This document shows positions 26,267 through 40,704 of a stretch of DNA of 64,000 nt, piece after piece; position 1 is the stretch's first letter, and each line of letters opens with the position of its first letter. Source of the stretch: Eledone cirrhosa (Eukaryota). A model generated the notes under the pieces. It worked only from the letters and a program-made list of their open reading frames with translations, was not told the origin of the DNA and searched no databases. The DNA is taken from assembly GCA_964016885.1 (NCBI GenBank), contig CAXHJY010000096.1, positions 1,054,001 to 1,118,000 of the forward strand, written 5' to 3'. The position numbers and the translations under genes are program-made.

Positions 26267-28270
26267 AGCCCTCCAAGGGGCTATAATTTCCAGCGTCCAA
26301 GGGGAGATAATTTCCAGCCAGCGAAGAGGAGATAATTTTTTTAAAAAAATCATTGGGAGATTTGTAAAAAAAATCAGGGGGAGATAATTTGTAAAAAAAA
26401 TCAAGGGGAGATAATTTCCAGCCGTCCAAGGGGAGGTAATATCTAGCCGTCCAAGGGTAGATAATTTCCAGCCGTCCAACGGGAGATAATTTCCAGCCGT
26501 CCAAGGGTAGATAATATCCAGCCGCCCAAGGACATATTTTCCAGCCGTCCAAGGAGAGGTAATTTCTAGCCGTCCAAGGGGAGATAATTTCCAGCCGTCC
26601 AAGGGTAGATAATATCCAGCCGTCCAAGGACATATTTTCCAGCCGTCCAAGGAGAGGTAATTTCTAGCCGTCCAAGGGGAGATAAATTCCAGCCTCCAAG
26701 GGGAGATAATTTCCAGCCAGCCAAGGGGAGATAATTTGTAAAAAAATCAGGGGGAGATAATTTGTAAAAAAAATCAGGGGGAGATAATTTGTAAAAAAAA
26801 ATCAGGGGGAGATAATTTGTAAAAAAAAATCAGGGTGAGATAATTTGCAAAAAAAATCAGGGGGAGATAATTTGTAAAAAAAAATCAGGGGTAGATAATT
26901 TGTAAAAAAAAATCAGGGGGAGATAATTTGTAAAAAAAAATCAGGGGGAGATAATATGTAAAAAAAATCAAGGGGAGATAATTTCCAGCCGTCCAAGGAG
27001 AGATAATTTAAAAAAAAATCAGGCGGAGATAATTTGTAAAAAAAAATCAGGGGGAGATAATTTGTAAAAAAAATCAGGGGGAGATAATTTGTAAAAAAAA
27101 ATCAGGGGTAGATAATTTGTAAAAAAAAATCAGGGGGAGATAATTTGTAAAAAAAAATCAGGAGGAGATAATTTGTAAAAAAAATCAAGGGGAGATAATT
27201 TCCAGCCGTCCAAGGAGAGATAATTTAAAAAAAAATCAGGCGGAGATAATTTGTAAAAAAAAATCAGGGGGAGATAATTTGTAAAAAAAAATCAGGGGGA
27301 GATAATTTGTAAAAAAAATCAAGGGGAGATAATTTCCAGCCGTCCAAGGGGAGATAATTTTCAGCCGTCCAAGGGGAGATAATTTCCCGCCAGCCAAGGG
27401 AAGATAATATTCAAAAAAATCAGGCGGAGATAATTTGTAAAAAAAATCAGGGGGAGATAATTTGTAAAAAAATCAGGGGGAGATAATTTGTAAAAAAAAA
27501 AATCAGGGGGAGATAATTTGTAAAAAAAATCAGGGGGAGATAATTTGTAAAAAAAATCAGGGGTAGATAATTTGTAAAAAAAAATCAGGGGGAGATAATT
27601 TGTAAAAAAAAATCAGGGGGAGATAATTTGTAAAAAAAATGAAAGGGGAGATAATATCCAGCCGTCCAAGGGGAGATAATTTCCAGCCGTCCAAGGGGAG
27701 ATAATTTCCAGCCGTCCAAGGGGAGATAATTTCCATCCTTCCAAGGGGATATAATTTCCAGCCGTCCAAGGGGAGATAATTTCCATCCTTCCAAGGGGAT
27801 ATAATTTCCAGCCGTCCAAGGGGAGATAATTTTCAGCCGTCCAAGGAGAGGTAATTTCTAGCCGTCCAAGGAGAGATAATTTCCAGCCGTCCAAGGGGAG
27901 ATAATTTCCAGCCGTCCAAGGGGAGATAATTTCCAGCCGTCCAAGGAGACATATTTTCCAGCCGTCCAAGGAGAGGTAATTCCTAGCCGTCCAAGGGGAG
28001 ATAAATTCCAGCCTCCAAGGGGAGATAATTTCCAGCCAGCCAAGGGGAGATAATTTGTAAAAAAAATCAGGGGGAGATAATTTGTAAAAAAAATCAGGGG
28101 GAGATAATTTGTAAAAAAAAATCAGGGGTAGATAATTTGTAAAAAATAATCAGGGGGAGATAATTTGTAAAAAAAATCAAGGGGAGATAATTTCCAGCCG
28201 TCCAAGGGGAGATAATTTTCAGCCGTCCAAGGGGAGATAATTTCCCGCCAGCCAAGGGAAGATAATATTT
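26267..28270. repeat. About 2.0-kb block duplicating 22800-24803 (offset 3467)
   Basis: ORF coordinates 23183/26650, 24090/27557 and 24391/27858 are offset by 3467. The match ends at TATTT|A (24803) versus TATTT|G (28270). Confidence 0.85.
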
Positions 28271-31200
28271 GAAAAAATCAGGCGGAGATAATTTGTAAAA
28301 AAAATCAGGGGGAGATAATTTGTAAAAAAATCAGGGGGAGATAATTTGTAAAAAAAAAATCAGGGCGAGATAATTTGTAAAAAGAATCAGGGGGAGATAA
28401 TTTGTAAAAAAAAATCAGGGGTAGATAAATTGTAAAAAAAAATCAGGGGGAGATAATTTGTAAAAAAAATCAGGGGGAGATAATTTGTAAAAAAAATGAA
28501 AGGGGAGATAATATCCAGCCGTCCAAGGGGAGATAATTTCCAGCCGTCCAAGGGGAGATAATTTCCAGCCGTCCAAGGGGAGATAATTTCCATCCTTCCA
28601 AGGGGATATAATTTCCAGCCGTCCAAGGGGAGATAATTTCCCGCCAGCCAAGGGAAGATAATTTTTAAAAAAATCAGGCGGAGATTGTAAAAAAAATCAG
28701 GGGGGAGATAATTTGTAAAAAAATCAGGGGGAGATAATTTGTAAAAAAAAATCAGGGGGAGATAATTTGTAAAAAATATTCAGGGGGAGATAATTTGTAA
28801 AAAAAATCAAGGGGAGATAATTTCCAGCCGTCCAAGGGGAGATAATTTCCCGCCAGCCAAGGGAAGATAATATTTAAAAAAATTAGGCGGAGATAATTTG
28901 TAAAAAAAATCAGGGGGAGATAATTTGTAAAAAAATCAGGGGGAGATAATTTGTAAAAAAAATCAGGGGGAGATAATTTGTAAAAAAATTCATGGGGAGA
29001 TAATTTGTAAAAAAAAATCAGGGGTAGATAATTTGTAAAAAAAAATCAGGGGGAGATAATTTGTAAAAAAAAATCAGGGGGAGATAATTTGTAAAAAAAA
29101 TCAAGGGGAGATAATTTCCAGCCGTCCAAGGGGAGATAATTTTCAGCCGTCCAAGGAGAGGTAATTTCTAGCCGTCCAAGGGGAGATAATTTCCAGCCGT
29201 CCAAGGGGAGGTAATTTCCAGCCGTCCAAGGGGAGATAATTTAAAAAAAAAAATCAGTCGGAGATAATTTGTAAAAAAAATCAAGGGGAGATAATTTGCA
29301 GCCGTCCAAGGGGAGATAATTTTCAGTCGTCCAAGGAGAGGTAATTTCTAGCCGTCCAAGGGGAGATAATTGCCAGCCGTCCAAGGGGAGATAATTTCCA
29401 GCCGTCCAAGGGGAGATAATTTTTTTTAAAAAATCAGGCGGAGATAATTTGTAAAAAAAATCAGGGGGAGATAATTTGTAAACAAAATCAGGGGGAGATA
29501 ATTTGTAAAAAAAAATCAGGGGGAGATAATTTGTAAAAAAAATCATGGAGAGATAATTTCCAGCCGTCCAAGGTGAGATAATTTCCAGCCGTCCAAGGAG
29601 ACATATTTTCCAGCCGTCCAAGGCGAGGTAATTTCTAGCCGTCCAAGGGGAGATAAATTCCAGCCTCCAAGGGGAGATAATTTCCAGCTAGCCAAGTGGA
29701 GATAATTTGTAAAAAAATCAGGGGGAGATAATTTGTAAAAAATATCAGGGAGATAATTTGTAAAAAAAAATCAGGGGGAGATAATTTGTAAAAAAAATCA
29801 GGGGGAGATAATTTGTAAAAAAAAATCAGGGGGAGATAATTTGTAAAAAAAATCAAGGGGAGATAATTTCCAGCCGTCCAAGGGGAGATAATTTTCAGCC
29901 GTCCAAGGGGAGATAATTTCCCGCCAGCCAAGGGAAGATAATATTTAAAAAAATCAGGCGGAGATAATTTGTAAAAAAAATCAGGGGGAGATAATTTGTA
30001 AAAAAATCAGGGGGAGATAATTTGTAAAAAAAAAATCAGGGGGAGATAATTTGTAAAAAAAATCAGGGGGAGATAATTTGTAAAAAAAAATCAGGGATAG
30101 ATAATTTGTAAACAAAAATCAGGGGGAGATAATTTGTAAAAAAAAATCAGGGGGAGATAATTTGTAAAAAAAATGAAAGGGGAGATAATATCCAGCCGTC
30201 CAAGGGGAGATAATTTCCAGCCGTCCAAGGGGATATAATTTCCAGCCGTCCAAGGGGAGATAATTTCCATCCTTCCAAGGGGATATAATTTCCAGCCGTC
30301 CAAGGGGAGATAATTTCCCGCCAGCCAAGGGAAGATAATTTTTAAAAAAATCAGGCGGAGATTGTAAAAAAATTCAAGGGGAGATAATTTCCAGCCGTCC
30401 AAGGGGAGATAATTTCCCGCCAGCCAAGGGAAGATAATATTTAAAAAAATTAGGCGGAGATAATTTGTAAAAAAAATCAGGGGGAGATAATTTGTAAAAA
30501 AATCAGGGGGAGATAATTTGTAAAAAAAATCAGGGGGAGATAATTTGTAAAAAAAATCATGGGGAGATAATTTGTAAAAAAAAATCAGGGGTAGATAATT
30601 TGTAAAAAAAAATCAGGGGGAGATAATTTGTAAAAAAAAATCAGGGGGAGATAATTTGTAAAAAAATCAAGGGGAGATAATATCCAGCCGTCCAAGGAGA
30701 GATAATTTAAAAAAAAAATGAGGCGGGGATAATTTGTAAAAAAAAAATCAGGGGGAGTTAATTTGTAAAAAAAAATGAGGGGGAGATAATTTGTAAAAAA
30801 AATCAAGGGGAGATAATTTCCAGCCGTCCAAGGGGAGATAATTTTCAGCCGTCCAAGGAGAGGTAATTTCTAGCCGTCCAAGGGGAGATAATTTCCAGCC
30901 GTCCAAGGGGAGGTAATTTCCAGCCGTCCAAGGGGAGATAATTTTTAAAAAAAAATCAGGCGGAGATAATTTGTAAAAAAAATCAAGGGGAGATAATTTG
31001 CAGCCGTCCAAGGGGAGATAATTTTCAGTCGTCCAAGGAGAGGTAATTTCTAGCCGTCCAAGGGGAGATAATTTCCAGCCGTCCAAGGGGAGATAATTTC
31101 CAGCCGTCCAAGGGGAGATAATTTTTTTTAAAAAATCAGGCGGAGATAATTTGTAAAAAAAATCAGGGGGAGATAATTTGTAAACAAAATCAGGGGGAGA

Positions 31201-34200
31201 TAATTTGTAAAAAAAAATCAGGGGGAGATAATTTGTAAAAAAAATTAGGCGTAGATAATTTGTAAAAAAAAATCAGGGGGAGATAATTTGTAAAAAAAAA
31301 TCAGGGGGAGATAATTTGTTTAAAAAATCAAGGGGAGATAATTTGCAGCCGTCCAAGGGGAGATAATTTTCAGCCGTCCAAGAAGAGGTAATTTCTAGCC
31401 GTTCAAGGGGAGATAATTTCCAGCCGTCCAAGGGGAGATAATTTTTTTTAAAAAATCAGGCGGAGATAATTTGTAAAAAAAAATCAGGGGGAGATAATTC
31501 GTAAAAAAAATCAGGGGGAGATAATTTGTAAAAAAAAATCAGGGGGAGATAATTTGTAAAAAAAATCAAGGGGAGATAATTTCCAGCCGTCCAAGGGGAG
31601 GTAATATCTAGCCGTCCAAGGGGAGATAATTTCCAGCCGTCCAAGGGGAGATAATTTCCAGCCGTCCAAGGGGAGATAATTTCCAGCCGTCCAAGGAGAC
31701 ATATTTTCCAGCCGTCCAAGGCGAGGTAATTTCTAGCCGTCCAAGGGGAGATTAATTCCAGCCTCCAAGGGGAGATAATTTCCAGCCAGCCAAGGGGAGA
31801 TAATTTGTAAAAAAATCAGGGGGAGATAATTTGTAAAAAATATCAGGGAGATAATTTGTAAAAAAAAATCAGGGGGAGATAATTTGTAAAAAAAATCAGG
31901 GGGAGATAATTTGTAAAAAAAAATCAGGGGGAGATAATTTGTAAAAAAAATCAAGGGGAGATAATTTCCAGCCGTCCAAGGGGAGATAATTTTCAGCCGT
32001 CCAAGGAGAGGTAATTTCTAACCGTCCGAGGAGAGATAATTTCCAGCCGTCCAAGGGGAGATAATTTCCAGCCGTCCAAGGGGAGATAATTTCCAGCCGT
32101 CCAAGGAGACATATTTTCCAGCCGTCCAAGGAGAGGTAATTTCTAGCCGTCCAAGGGGAGATAAATTCCAGCCTCCAAGGGGAGATAATTTCCAGCCAGC
32201 CAAGGGGAGATAATTTGTAAAAAAATCAGGGGGAGATAATTTGCAAAAAAAATCAGGGGGAGATAATTTGTAAAAAAAATCAGGGGGAGATAATTTGTAA
32301 AAAATAATCAGGGGGAGATAATTTCCAGCCGTCCAAGGGAAGATAATTTCCAGCCCTCCAAGGGGCTATAATTTCTAGTGTCCAAGGGGAGATAATTTCC
32401 AGCCAGCGAAGGGGAGATAATTTTTTTTAAAAAATCATTGGGAGATTTGTAAAAAAAATCAGGGGGAGATAATTTGTAAAAAAAATCAAGGGGAGATAAT
32501 TTCCAGCCGTCCAAGGGGAGGTAATATCTAGCCGTCCAAGGGTAGATAATTTCCAGCCGTCCAACGGGAGATAATTTCCAGCCGTCCAAGGGTAGATAAT
32601 ATCCAGCCGCCCAAGGACATATTTTCCAGCCGTCCAAGGAGAGGTAATTTCTAGCCGTCCAAGGGGAGATAATTTCCAGCCGTCCAAGGGTAGATAATAT
32701 CCAGCCGTCCAAGGACATATTTTCCAGCCGTCCAAGGAGAGGTAATTTCTAGCCGTCCAAGGGGAGATAAATTCCAGCCTCCAAGGGGAGATAATTTCCA
32801 GCCAGCCAAGGGGAGATAATTTGTAAAAAAATCAGGGGGAGATAATTTGTAAAAAAAATCAGGGGGAGATAATTTGTAAAAAAAAATCAGGGGGAGATAA
32901 TTTGTAAAAAAAAATCAGGGTGAGATAATTTGCAAAAAAAATCAGGGGGAGATAATTTGTAAAAGAAAATCAGGGGTAGATAATTTGTAAAAAAAAATCA
33001 GGGGGAGATAATTTGTAAAAAAAAATCAGGGGGAGATAATTTGTAAAAAAAATCAAGGGGAGATAATTTCCAGCCGTCCAAGGAGAGATAATTTAAAAAA
33101 AAATCAGGCGGAGATAATTTGTAAAAAAAAATCAGGGGGAGATAATTTGTAAAAAAAATCAGGGGGAGATAATTTGTAAAAAAAAATCAGGGGTAGATAA
33201 TTTGTAAAAAAAAATCAGGGGGAGATAATTTGTAAAAAAAAATCAGGAGGAGATAATTTGTAAAAAAAATCAAGGGGAGATAATTTCCAGCCGTCCAAGG
33301 AGAGATAATTTAAAAAAAAATCAGGCGGAGATAATTTGTAAAAAAAAATCAGGGGGAGATAATTTGTAAAAAAAAATCAGGGGGAGATAATTTGTAAAAA
33401 AAATCAAGGGGAGATAATTTCCAGCCGTCCAAGGGGAGATAATTTTCAGCCGTCCAAGGGGAGATAATTTCCCGCCAGCCAAGGGAAGATAATATTCAAA
33501 AAAATCAGGCGGAGATAATTTGTAAAAAAAATCAGGGGGAGATAATTTGTAAAAAAATCAGGGGGAGATAATTTGTAAAAAAAAAAATCAGGGGGAGATA
33601 ATTTGTAAAAAAAATCAGGGGGAGATAATTTGTAAAAAAAATCAGGGGTAGATAATTTGTAAAAAAAAATCAGGGGGAGATAATTTGTAAAAAAAAATCA
33701 GGGGGAGATAATTTGTAAAAAAAATGAAAGGGGAGATAATATCCAGCCGTCCAAGGGGAGATAATTTCCAGCCGTCCAAGGGGAGATAATTTCCAGCCGT
33801 CCAAGGGGAGATAAATTCCATCCTTCCAAGGGGATATAATTTCCAGCCGTCCAAGGGGAGATAATTTCCATCCTTCCAAGGGGATATAATTTCCAGCCGT
33901 CCAAGGGGAGATAATTTTCAGCCGTCCAAGGAGAGGTAATTTCTAGCCGTCCAAGGAGAGATAATTTCCAGCCGTCCAAGGGGAGATAATTTCCAGCCGT
34001 CCAAGGGGAGATAATTTCCAGCCGTCCAAGGAGACATATTTTCCAGCCGTCCAAGGAGAGGTAATTCCTAGCCGTCCAAGGGGAGATAAATTCCAGCCTC
34101 CAAGGGGAGATAATTTCCAGCCAGCCAAGGGGAGATAATTTGTAAAAAAAATCAGGGGGAGATAATTTGTAAAAAAAATCAGGGGGAGATAATTTGTAAA

Positions 34201-35523
34201 AAAAAATCAGGGGTAGATAATTTGTAAAAAATAATCAGGGGGAGATAATTTGTAAAAAAAATCAAGGGGAGATAATTTCCAGCCGTCCAAGGGGAGATAA
34301 TTTTCAGCCGTCCAAGGGGAGATAATTTCCCGCCAGCCAAGGGAAGATAATATTTAAAAAAATTAGGCGGAGATAATTTGTAAAAAAAATCAGGGGGAGA
34401 TAATTTGTAAAAAAATCAGGGGGAGATAATTTGTAAAAAAAATCAGGGGGAGATAATTTGTAAAAAAAATCAGGGGGAGATAATTTGTAAAAAAAAATCA
34501 GGGGGAGATAATTTGTAAAAAAAATCAAGGGGAGATAATTTCCAGCCGTCCAAGGGAAGATAATTTCCAGCCCTCCAAGGGGCTATAATTTCCAGCGTCC
34601 AAGGGGAGATAATTTCCAGCCAGCGAAGGGGAGATAATTTTTTTAAAAAAATCATTGGGAGATTTGTAAAAAAAATCAGGGGGAGATAATTTGTAAAAAA
34701 AATCAAGGGGAGATAATTTCCAGCCGTCCAAGGGGAGGTAATATCTAGCCGTCCAAGGGGAGATAATTTCCAGCCGTCCAAGGGGAGATAATTTCCAGCC
34801 GTCCAAGGGTAGATAATATCCAGCCGTCCAAGGACATATTTTCCAGCCGTCCAAGGAGAGGTAATTTCTAGCCGTCCAAGGGGAGATAAATTCCAGCCTC
34901 CAAGGTGAGATAATTTCCAGCCAGCCAAGGGGAGATAATTTGTAAAAAAATCAGGGGGAGATAATTTGTAAAAAAAATCAGGGGGAGATAATTTGTAAAA
35001 AAAAATCAGGGGGAGATAATTTGTAAAAAAAAATCAGGGGGAGATAATTTGTAAAAAAAAATCAGGGGGAGATAATTTGTAAAAAAATCAAGGGGAGATA
35101 ATTTGTAAAAAGAATCAGGGGGAGATAATTTGTAAAAAAAAATCAGGGGTAGATAAATTGTAAAAAAAAATCAGGGGGAGATAATTTGTAAAAAAAATCA
35201 GGGGGAGATAATTTGTAAAAAAAATGAAAGGGGAGATAATATCCAGCCGTCCAAGGGGAGATAATTTCCAGCCGTCCAAGGGGAGATAATTTCCAGCCGT
35301 CCAAGGGGAGATAATTTCCATCCTTCCAAGGGGATATAATTTCCAGCCGTCCAAGGGGAGATAATTTCCCGCCAGCCAAGGGAAGATAATTTTTAAAAAA
35401 ATCAGGCGGAGATTGTAAAAAAATCAGGGGGGAGATAATTTGTAAAAAAATCAGGGGAAGATAATTTGTAAAAAAAAATCAGGGGGAGATAATTTGTAAA
35501 AAATAATCAGGGGGAGATAATTT
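28171..35523. repeat. About 7.4-kb block duplicating 18510-25971 (offset 9661 falling to 9552 through 82-bp, 25-bp and 1-bp deletions)
   Basis: ORF pairs 18726/28387 and 19974/29635 (9661), 22181/31733, 24090/33642 and 25563/35115 (9552). Shared private variants AGGGCGAG, AATATTCAG, CAGTCGG, CAGCTAGCC, AAAAGAAAAT and AGGGGAAG. Confidence 0.92.
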
Positions 35524-37635
35524 CCAGCCCTCCAAGGGGCTATAATTTCCAGTGTCCAAGGGGAGATAATTTCCAGCCAGCGAAGGGGAGATAATTTTTT
35601 TTTAAAAATCATTGGGAGATTTGTAAAAAAAATCAGGGGGAGATAATTTGTAAAAAAAATCAAGGGGAGATAATTTCCAGCCGTCCAAGGGGAGGTAATA
35701 TCTAGCCGTCCAAGGGTAGATAATTTCCAGCCGTCCAACGGGAGATAATTTCCAGCCGTCCAAGGGTAGATAATATCCAGCCGCCCAAGGACATATTTTC
35801 CAGCCGTCCAAGGAGAGGTAATTTCTAGCCGTCCAAGGGGAGATAATTTCCAGCCGTCCAAGGGTAGATAATATCCAGCCGTCCAAGGACATATTTTCCA
35901 GCCGTCCAAGGAGAGGTAATTTCTAGCCGTCCAAGGGGAGATAAATTCCAGCCTCCAAGGGGAGATAATTTCCAGCCAGCCAAGGGGAGATAATTTGTAA
36001 AAAAATCAGGGGGAGATAATTTGTAAAAAAAATCAGGGGGAGATAATTTGTAAAAAAAAATCAGGGGGAGATAATTTGTAAAAAAAAATCAGGGTGAGAT
36101 AATTTGCAAAAAAAATCAGGGGGAGATAATTTGTAAAAAAAAATCAGGGGTAGATAATTTGTAAAAAAAAATCAGGGGGAGATAATTTGTAAAAAAAAAT
36201 CAGGGGGAGATAATTTGTAAAAAAAATCAAGGGGAGATAATTTCCAGCCGTCCAAGGAGAGATAATTTAAAAAAAAATCAGGCGGAGATAATTTGTAAAA
36301 AAAAATCAGGGGGAGATAATTTGTAAAAAAAATCAGGGGGAGATAATTTGTAAAAAAAAATCAGGGGTAGATAATTTGTAAAAAAAAATCAGGGGGAGAT
36401 AATTTGTAAAAAAAAATCAGGAGGAGATAATTTGTAAAAAAAATCAAGGGGAGATAATTTCCAGCCGTCCAAGGAGAGATAATTTAAAAAAAAATCAGGC
36501 GGAGATAATTTGTAAAAAAAAATCAGGGGGAGATAATTTGTAAAAAAAAATCAGGGGGAGATAATTTGTAAAAAAAATCAAGGGGAGATAATTTCCAGCC
36601 GTCCAAGGGGAGATAATTTTCAGCCGTCCAAGGGGAGATAATTTCCCGCCAGCCAAGGGAAGATAATATTCAAAAAAATCAGGCGGAGATAATTTGTAAA
36701 AAAAATCAGGGGGAGATAATTTGTAAAAAAATCAGGGGGAGATAATTTGTAAAAAAAAAAATCAGGGGGAGATAATTTGTAAAAAAAATCAGGGGGAGAT
36801 AATTTGTAAAAAAAATCAGGGGTAGATAATTTGTAAAAAAAAATCAGGGGGAGATAATTTGTAAAAAAAAATCAGGGGGAGATAATTTGTAAAAAAAATG
36901 AAAGGGGAGATAATATCCAGCCGTCCAAGGGGAGATAATTTCCAGCCGTCCAAGGGGAGATAATTTCCAGCCGTCCAAGGGGAGATAATTTCCATCCTTC
37001 CAAGGGGATATAATTTCCAGCCGTCCAAGGGGAGATAATTTCCATCCTTCCAAGGGGATATAATTTCCAGCCGTCCAAGGGGAGATAATTTTCAGCCGTC
37101 CAAGGAGAGGTAATTTCTAGCCGTCCAAGGAGAGATAATTTCCAGCCGTCCAAGGGGAGATAATTTCCAGCCGTCCAAGGGGAGATAATTTCCAGCCGTC
37201 CAAGGAGACATATTTTCCAGCCGTCCAAGGAGAGGTAATTCCTAGCCGTCCAAGGGGAGATAAATTCCAGCCTCCAAGGGGAGATAATTTCCAGCCAGCC
37301 AAGGGGAGATAATTTGTAAAAAAAATCAGGGGGAGATAATTTGTAAAAAAAATCAGGGGGAGATAATTTGTAAAAAAAAATCAGGGGTAGATAATTTGTA
37401 AAAAATAATCAGGGGGAGATAATTTGTAAAAAAAATCAAGGGGAGATAATTTCCAGCCGTCCAAGGGGAGATAATTTTCAGCCGTCCAAGGGGAGATAAT
37501 TTCCCGCCAGCCAAGGGAAGATAATATTTAAAAAAATTAGGCGGAGATAATTTGTAAAAAAAATCAGGGGGAGATAATTTGTAAAAAAATCAGGGGGAGA
37601 TAATTTGTAAAAAAAATCAGGGGGAGATAATTTGT

Positions 37636-40600
37636 AAAAAAAATCAGGGGGAGATAATTTGTAAAAAAAAATCAGGGGGAGATAATTTGTAAAAAAAATC
37701 AAGGGGAGATAATTTCCAGCCGTCCAAGGGAAGATAATTTCCAGCCCTCCAAGGGGCTATAATTTCCAGCGTCCAAGGGGAGATAATTTCCAGCCAGCGA
37801 AGGGGAGATAATTTTTTTTAAAAAATCATTGGGAGATTTGTAAAAAAAATCAGGGGGAGATAATTTGTAAAAAAAATCAAGGGGAGATAATTTCCAGCCG
37901 TCCAAGGGGAGGTAATATCTAGCCGTCCAAGGGGAGATAATTTCCAGCCGTCCAAGGGGAGATAATTTCCAGCCGTCCAAGGGTAGATAATATCCAGCCG
38001 TCCAAGGACATATTTTCCAGCCGTCCAAGGAGAGGTAATTTCTAGCCGTCCAAGGGGAGATAAATTCCAGCCTCCAAGGTGAGATAATTTCCAGCCAGCC
38101 AAGGGGAGATAATTTGTAAAAAAATCAGGGGGAGATAATTTGTAAAAAAAATCAGGGGGAGATAATTTGTAAAAAAAAATCAGGGGGAGATAATTTGTAA
38201 AAAAAAATCAGGGGGAGATAATTTGTAAAAAAAAATCAGGGGGAGATAATTTGTAAAAAAATCAAGGGGAGATAATTTCCAGCCGTCCAAGGGGAGATAA
38301 TTTTCAGCCGTCCAAGGGGAGATAATTTCCCGCCAGCCAAGGGAAGATAATATTTGAAAAAATCAGGCGGAGATAATTTGTAAAAAAAATCAGGGGGAGA
38401 TAATTTGTAAAAAAATCAGGGGGAGATAATTTGTAAAAAAAAAATCAGGGGGAGATAATTTGTAAAAAGAATCAGGGGGAGATAATTTGTAAAAAAAAAT
38501 CAGGGGTAGATAAATTGTAAAAAAAAATCAGGGGGAGATAATTTGTAAAAAAAATCAGGGGGAGATAATTTGTAAAAAAAATGAAAGGGGAGATAATATC
38601 CAGCCGTCCAAGGGGAGATAATTTCCAGCCGTCCAAGGGGAGATAATTTCCAGCCGTCCAAGGGGAGATAATTTCCATCCTTCCAAGGGGATATAATTTC
38701 CAGCCGTCCAAGGGGAGATAATTTCCCGCCAGCCAAGGGAAGATAATTTTTAAAAAAATCAGGCGGAGATTGTAAAAAAAATCAGGGGGGAGATAATTTG
38801 TAAAAAAATCAGGGGGAGATAATTTGTAAAAAAAAATCAGGGGGAGATAATTTGTAAAAAATAATCAGGGGGAGATAATTTGTAAAAAAAAATCAAGGGG
38901 AGATAATTTCCAGCCGTCCAAGGGGAGATAATTTCCCGCCAGCCAAGGGAAGATAATATTTAAAAAAATTAGGCGGAGATAATTTGTAAAAAAAATCAGG
39001 GGGAGATAATTTGTAAAAAAATCAGGGGGAGATAATTTGTAAAAAAAATCAGGGGGAGATAATTTGTAAAAAAATTCATGGGGAGATAATTTGTAAAAAA
39101 AAATCAGGGGTAGATAATTTGTAAAAAAAAATCAGGGGGAGATAATTTGTAAAAAAAAAATCAGGGGGAGATAATTTGTAAAAAAAAATCAGGGGGAGAT
39201 AATTTGTAAAAAAAATCAAGGGGAGATAATTTCCAGCCGTCCAAGGGAAGATAATTTCCAGCCCTCCAAGGGGCTATAATTTCCAGCGTCCAAGGGGAGA
39301 TAATTTCCAGCCAGCGAAGGGGAGATAATTTTTTTTAAAAAATCATTGGGAGATTTGTAAAAAAAATCAGGGGGAGATAATTTGTAAAAAAAATCAAGGG
39401 GAGATAATTTCCAGCCGTCCAAGGGGAGGTAATATCTAGCCGTCCAAGGGGAGATAATTTCCAGCCGTCCAAGGGGAGATAATTTCCAGCCGTCCAAGGG
39501 TAGATAATATCCAGCCGTCCAAGGACATATTTTCCAGCCGTCCAAGGAGAGGTAATTTCTAGCCGTCCAAGGGGAGATAAATTCCAGCCTCCAAGGTGAG
39601 ATAATTTCCAGCCAGCCAAGGGGAGATAATTTGTAAAAAAATCAGGGGGAGATAATTTGTAAAAAAAATCAGGGGGAGATAATTTGTAAAAAAAAATCAG
39701 GGGGAGATAATTTGTAAAAAAAAATCAGGGGGAGATAATTTGTAAAAAAAAATCAGGGGGAGATAATTTGTAAAAAAATCAAGGGGAGATAATTTCCAGC
39801 CGTCCAAGGGGAGATAATTTTCAGCCGTCCAAGGGGAGATAATTTCCCGCCAGCCAAGGGAAGATAATATTTGAAAAAATCAGGCGGAGATAATTTGTAA
39901 AAAAAATCAGGGGGAGATAATTTGTAAAAAAATCAGGGGGAGATAATTTGTAAAAAAAAAATCAGGGGGAGATAATTTGTAAAAAGAATCAGGGGGAGAT
40001 AATTTGTAAAAAAAAATCAGGGGTAGATAAATTGTAAAAAAAAATCAGGGGGAGATAATTTGTAAAAAAAATCAGGGGGAGATAATTTGTAAAAAAAATG
40101 AAAGGGGAGATAATATCCAGCCGTCCAAGGGGAGATAATTTCCAGCCGTCCAAGGGGAGATAATTTCCAGCCGTCCAAGGGGAGATAATTTCCATCCTTC
40201 CAAGGGGATATAATTTCCAGCCGTCCAAGGGGAGATAATTTCCCGCCAGCCAAGGGAAGATAATTTTTAAAAAAATCAGGCGGAGATTGTAAAAAAAATC
40301 AGGGGGGAGATAATTTGTAAAAAAATCAGGGGGAGATAATTTGTAAAAAAAAATCAGGGGGAGATAATTTGTAAAAAATAATCAGGGGGAGATAATTTGT
40401 AAAAAAAAATCAAGGGGAGATAATTTCCAGCCGTCCAAGGGGAGATAATTTCCCGCCAGCCAAGGGAAGATAATATTTAAAAAAATTAGGCGGAGATAAT
40501 TTGTAAAAAAAATCAGGGGGAGATAATTTGTAAAAAAATCAGGGGGAGATAATTTGTAAAAAAAATCAGGGGGAGATAATTTGTAAAAAAATTCATGGGG

Positions 40601-40704
40601 AGATAATTTGTAAAAAAAAATCAGGGGTAGATAATTTGTAAAAAAAAATCAGGGGGAGATAATTTGTAAAAAAAAAATCAGGGGGAGATAATTTGTAAAA
40701 AAAA
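37636..40704. repeat. 1517-bp HOR, 2 full tandem copies
   Basis: ORF pairs 37699/39216, 37818/39335 and 38472/39989 are offset by 1517. Confidence 0.92.
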
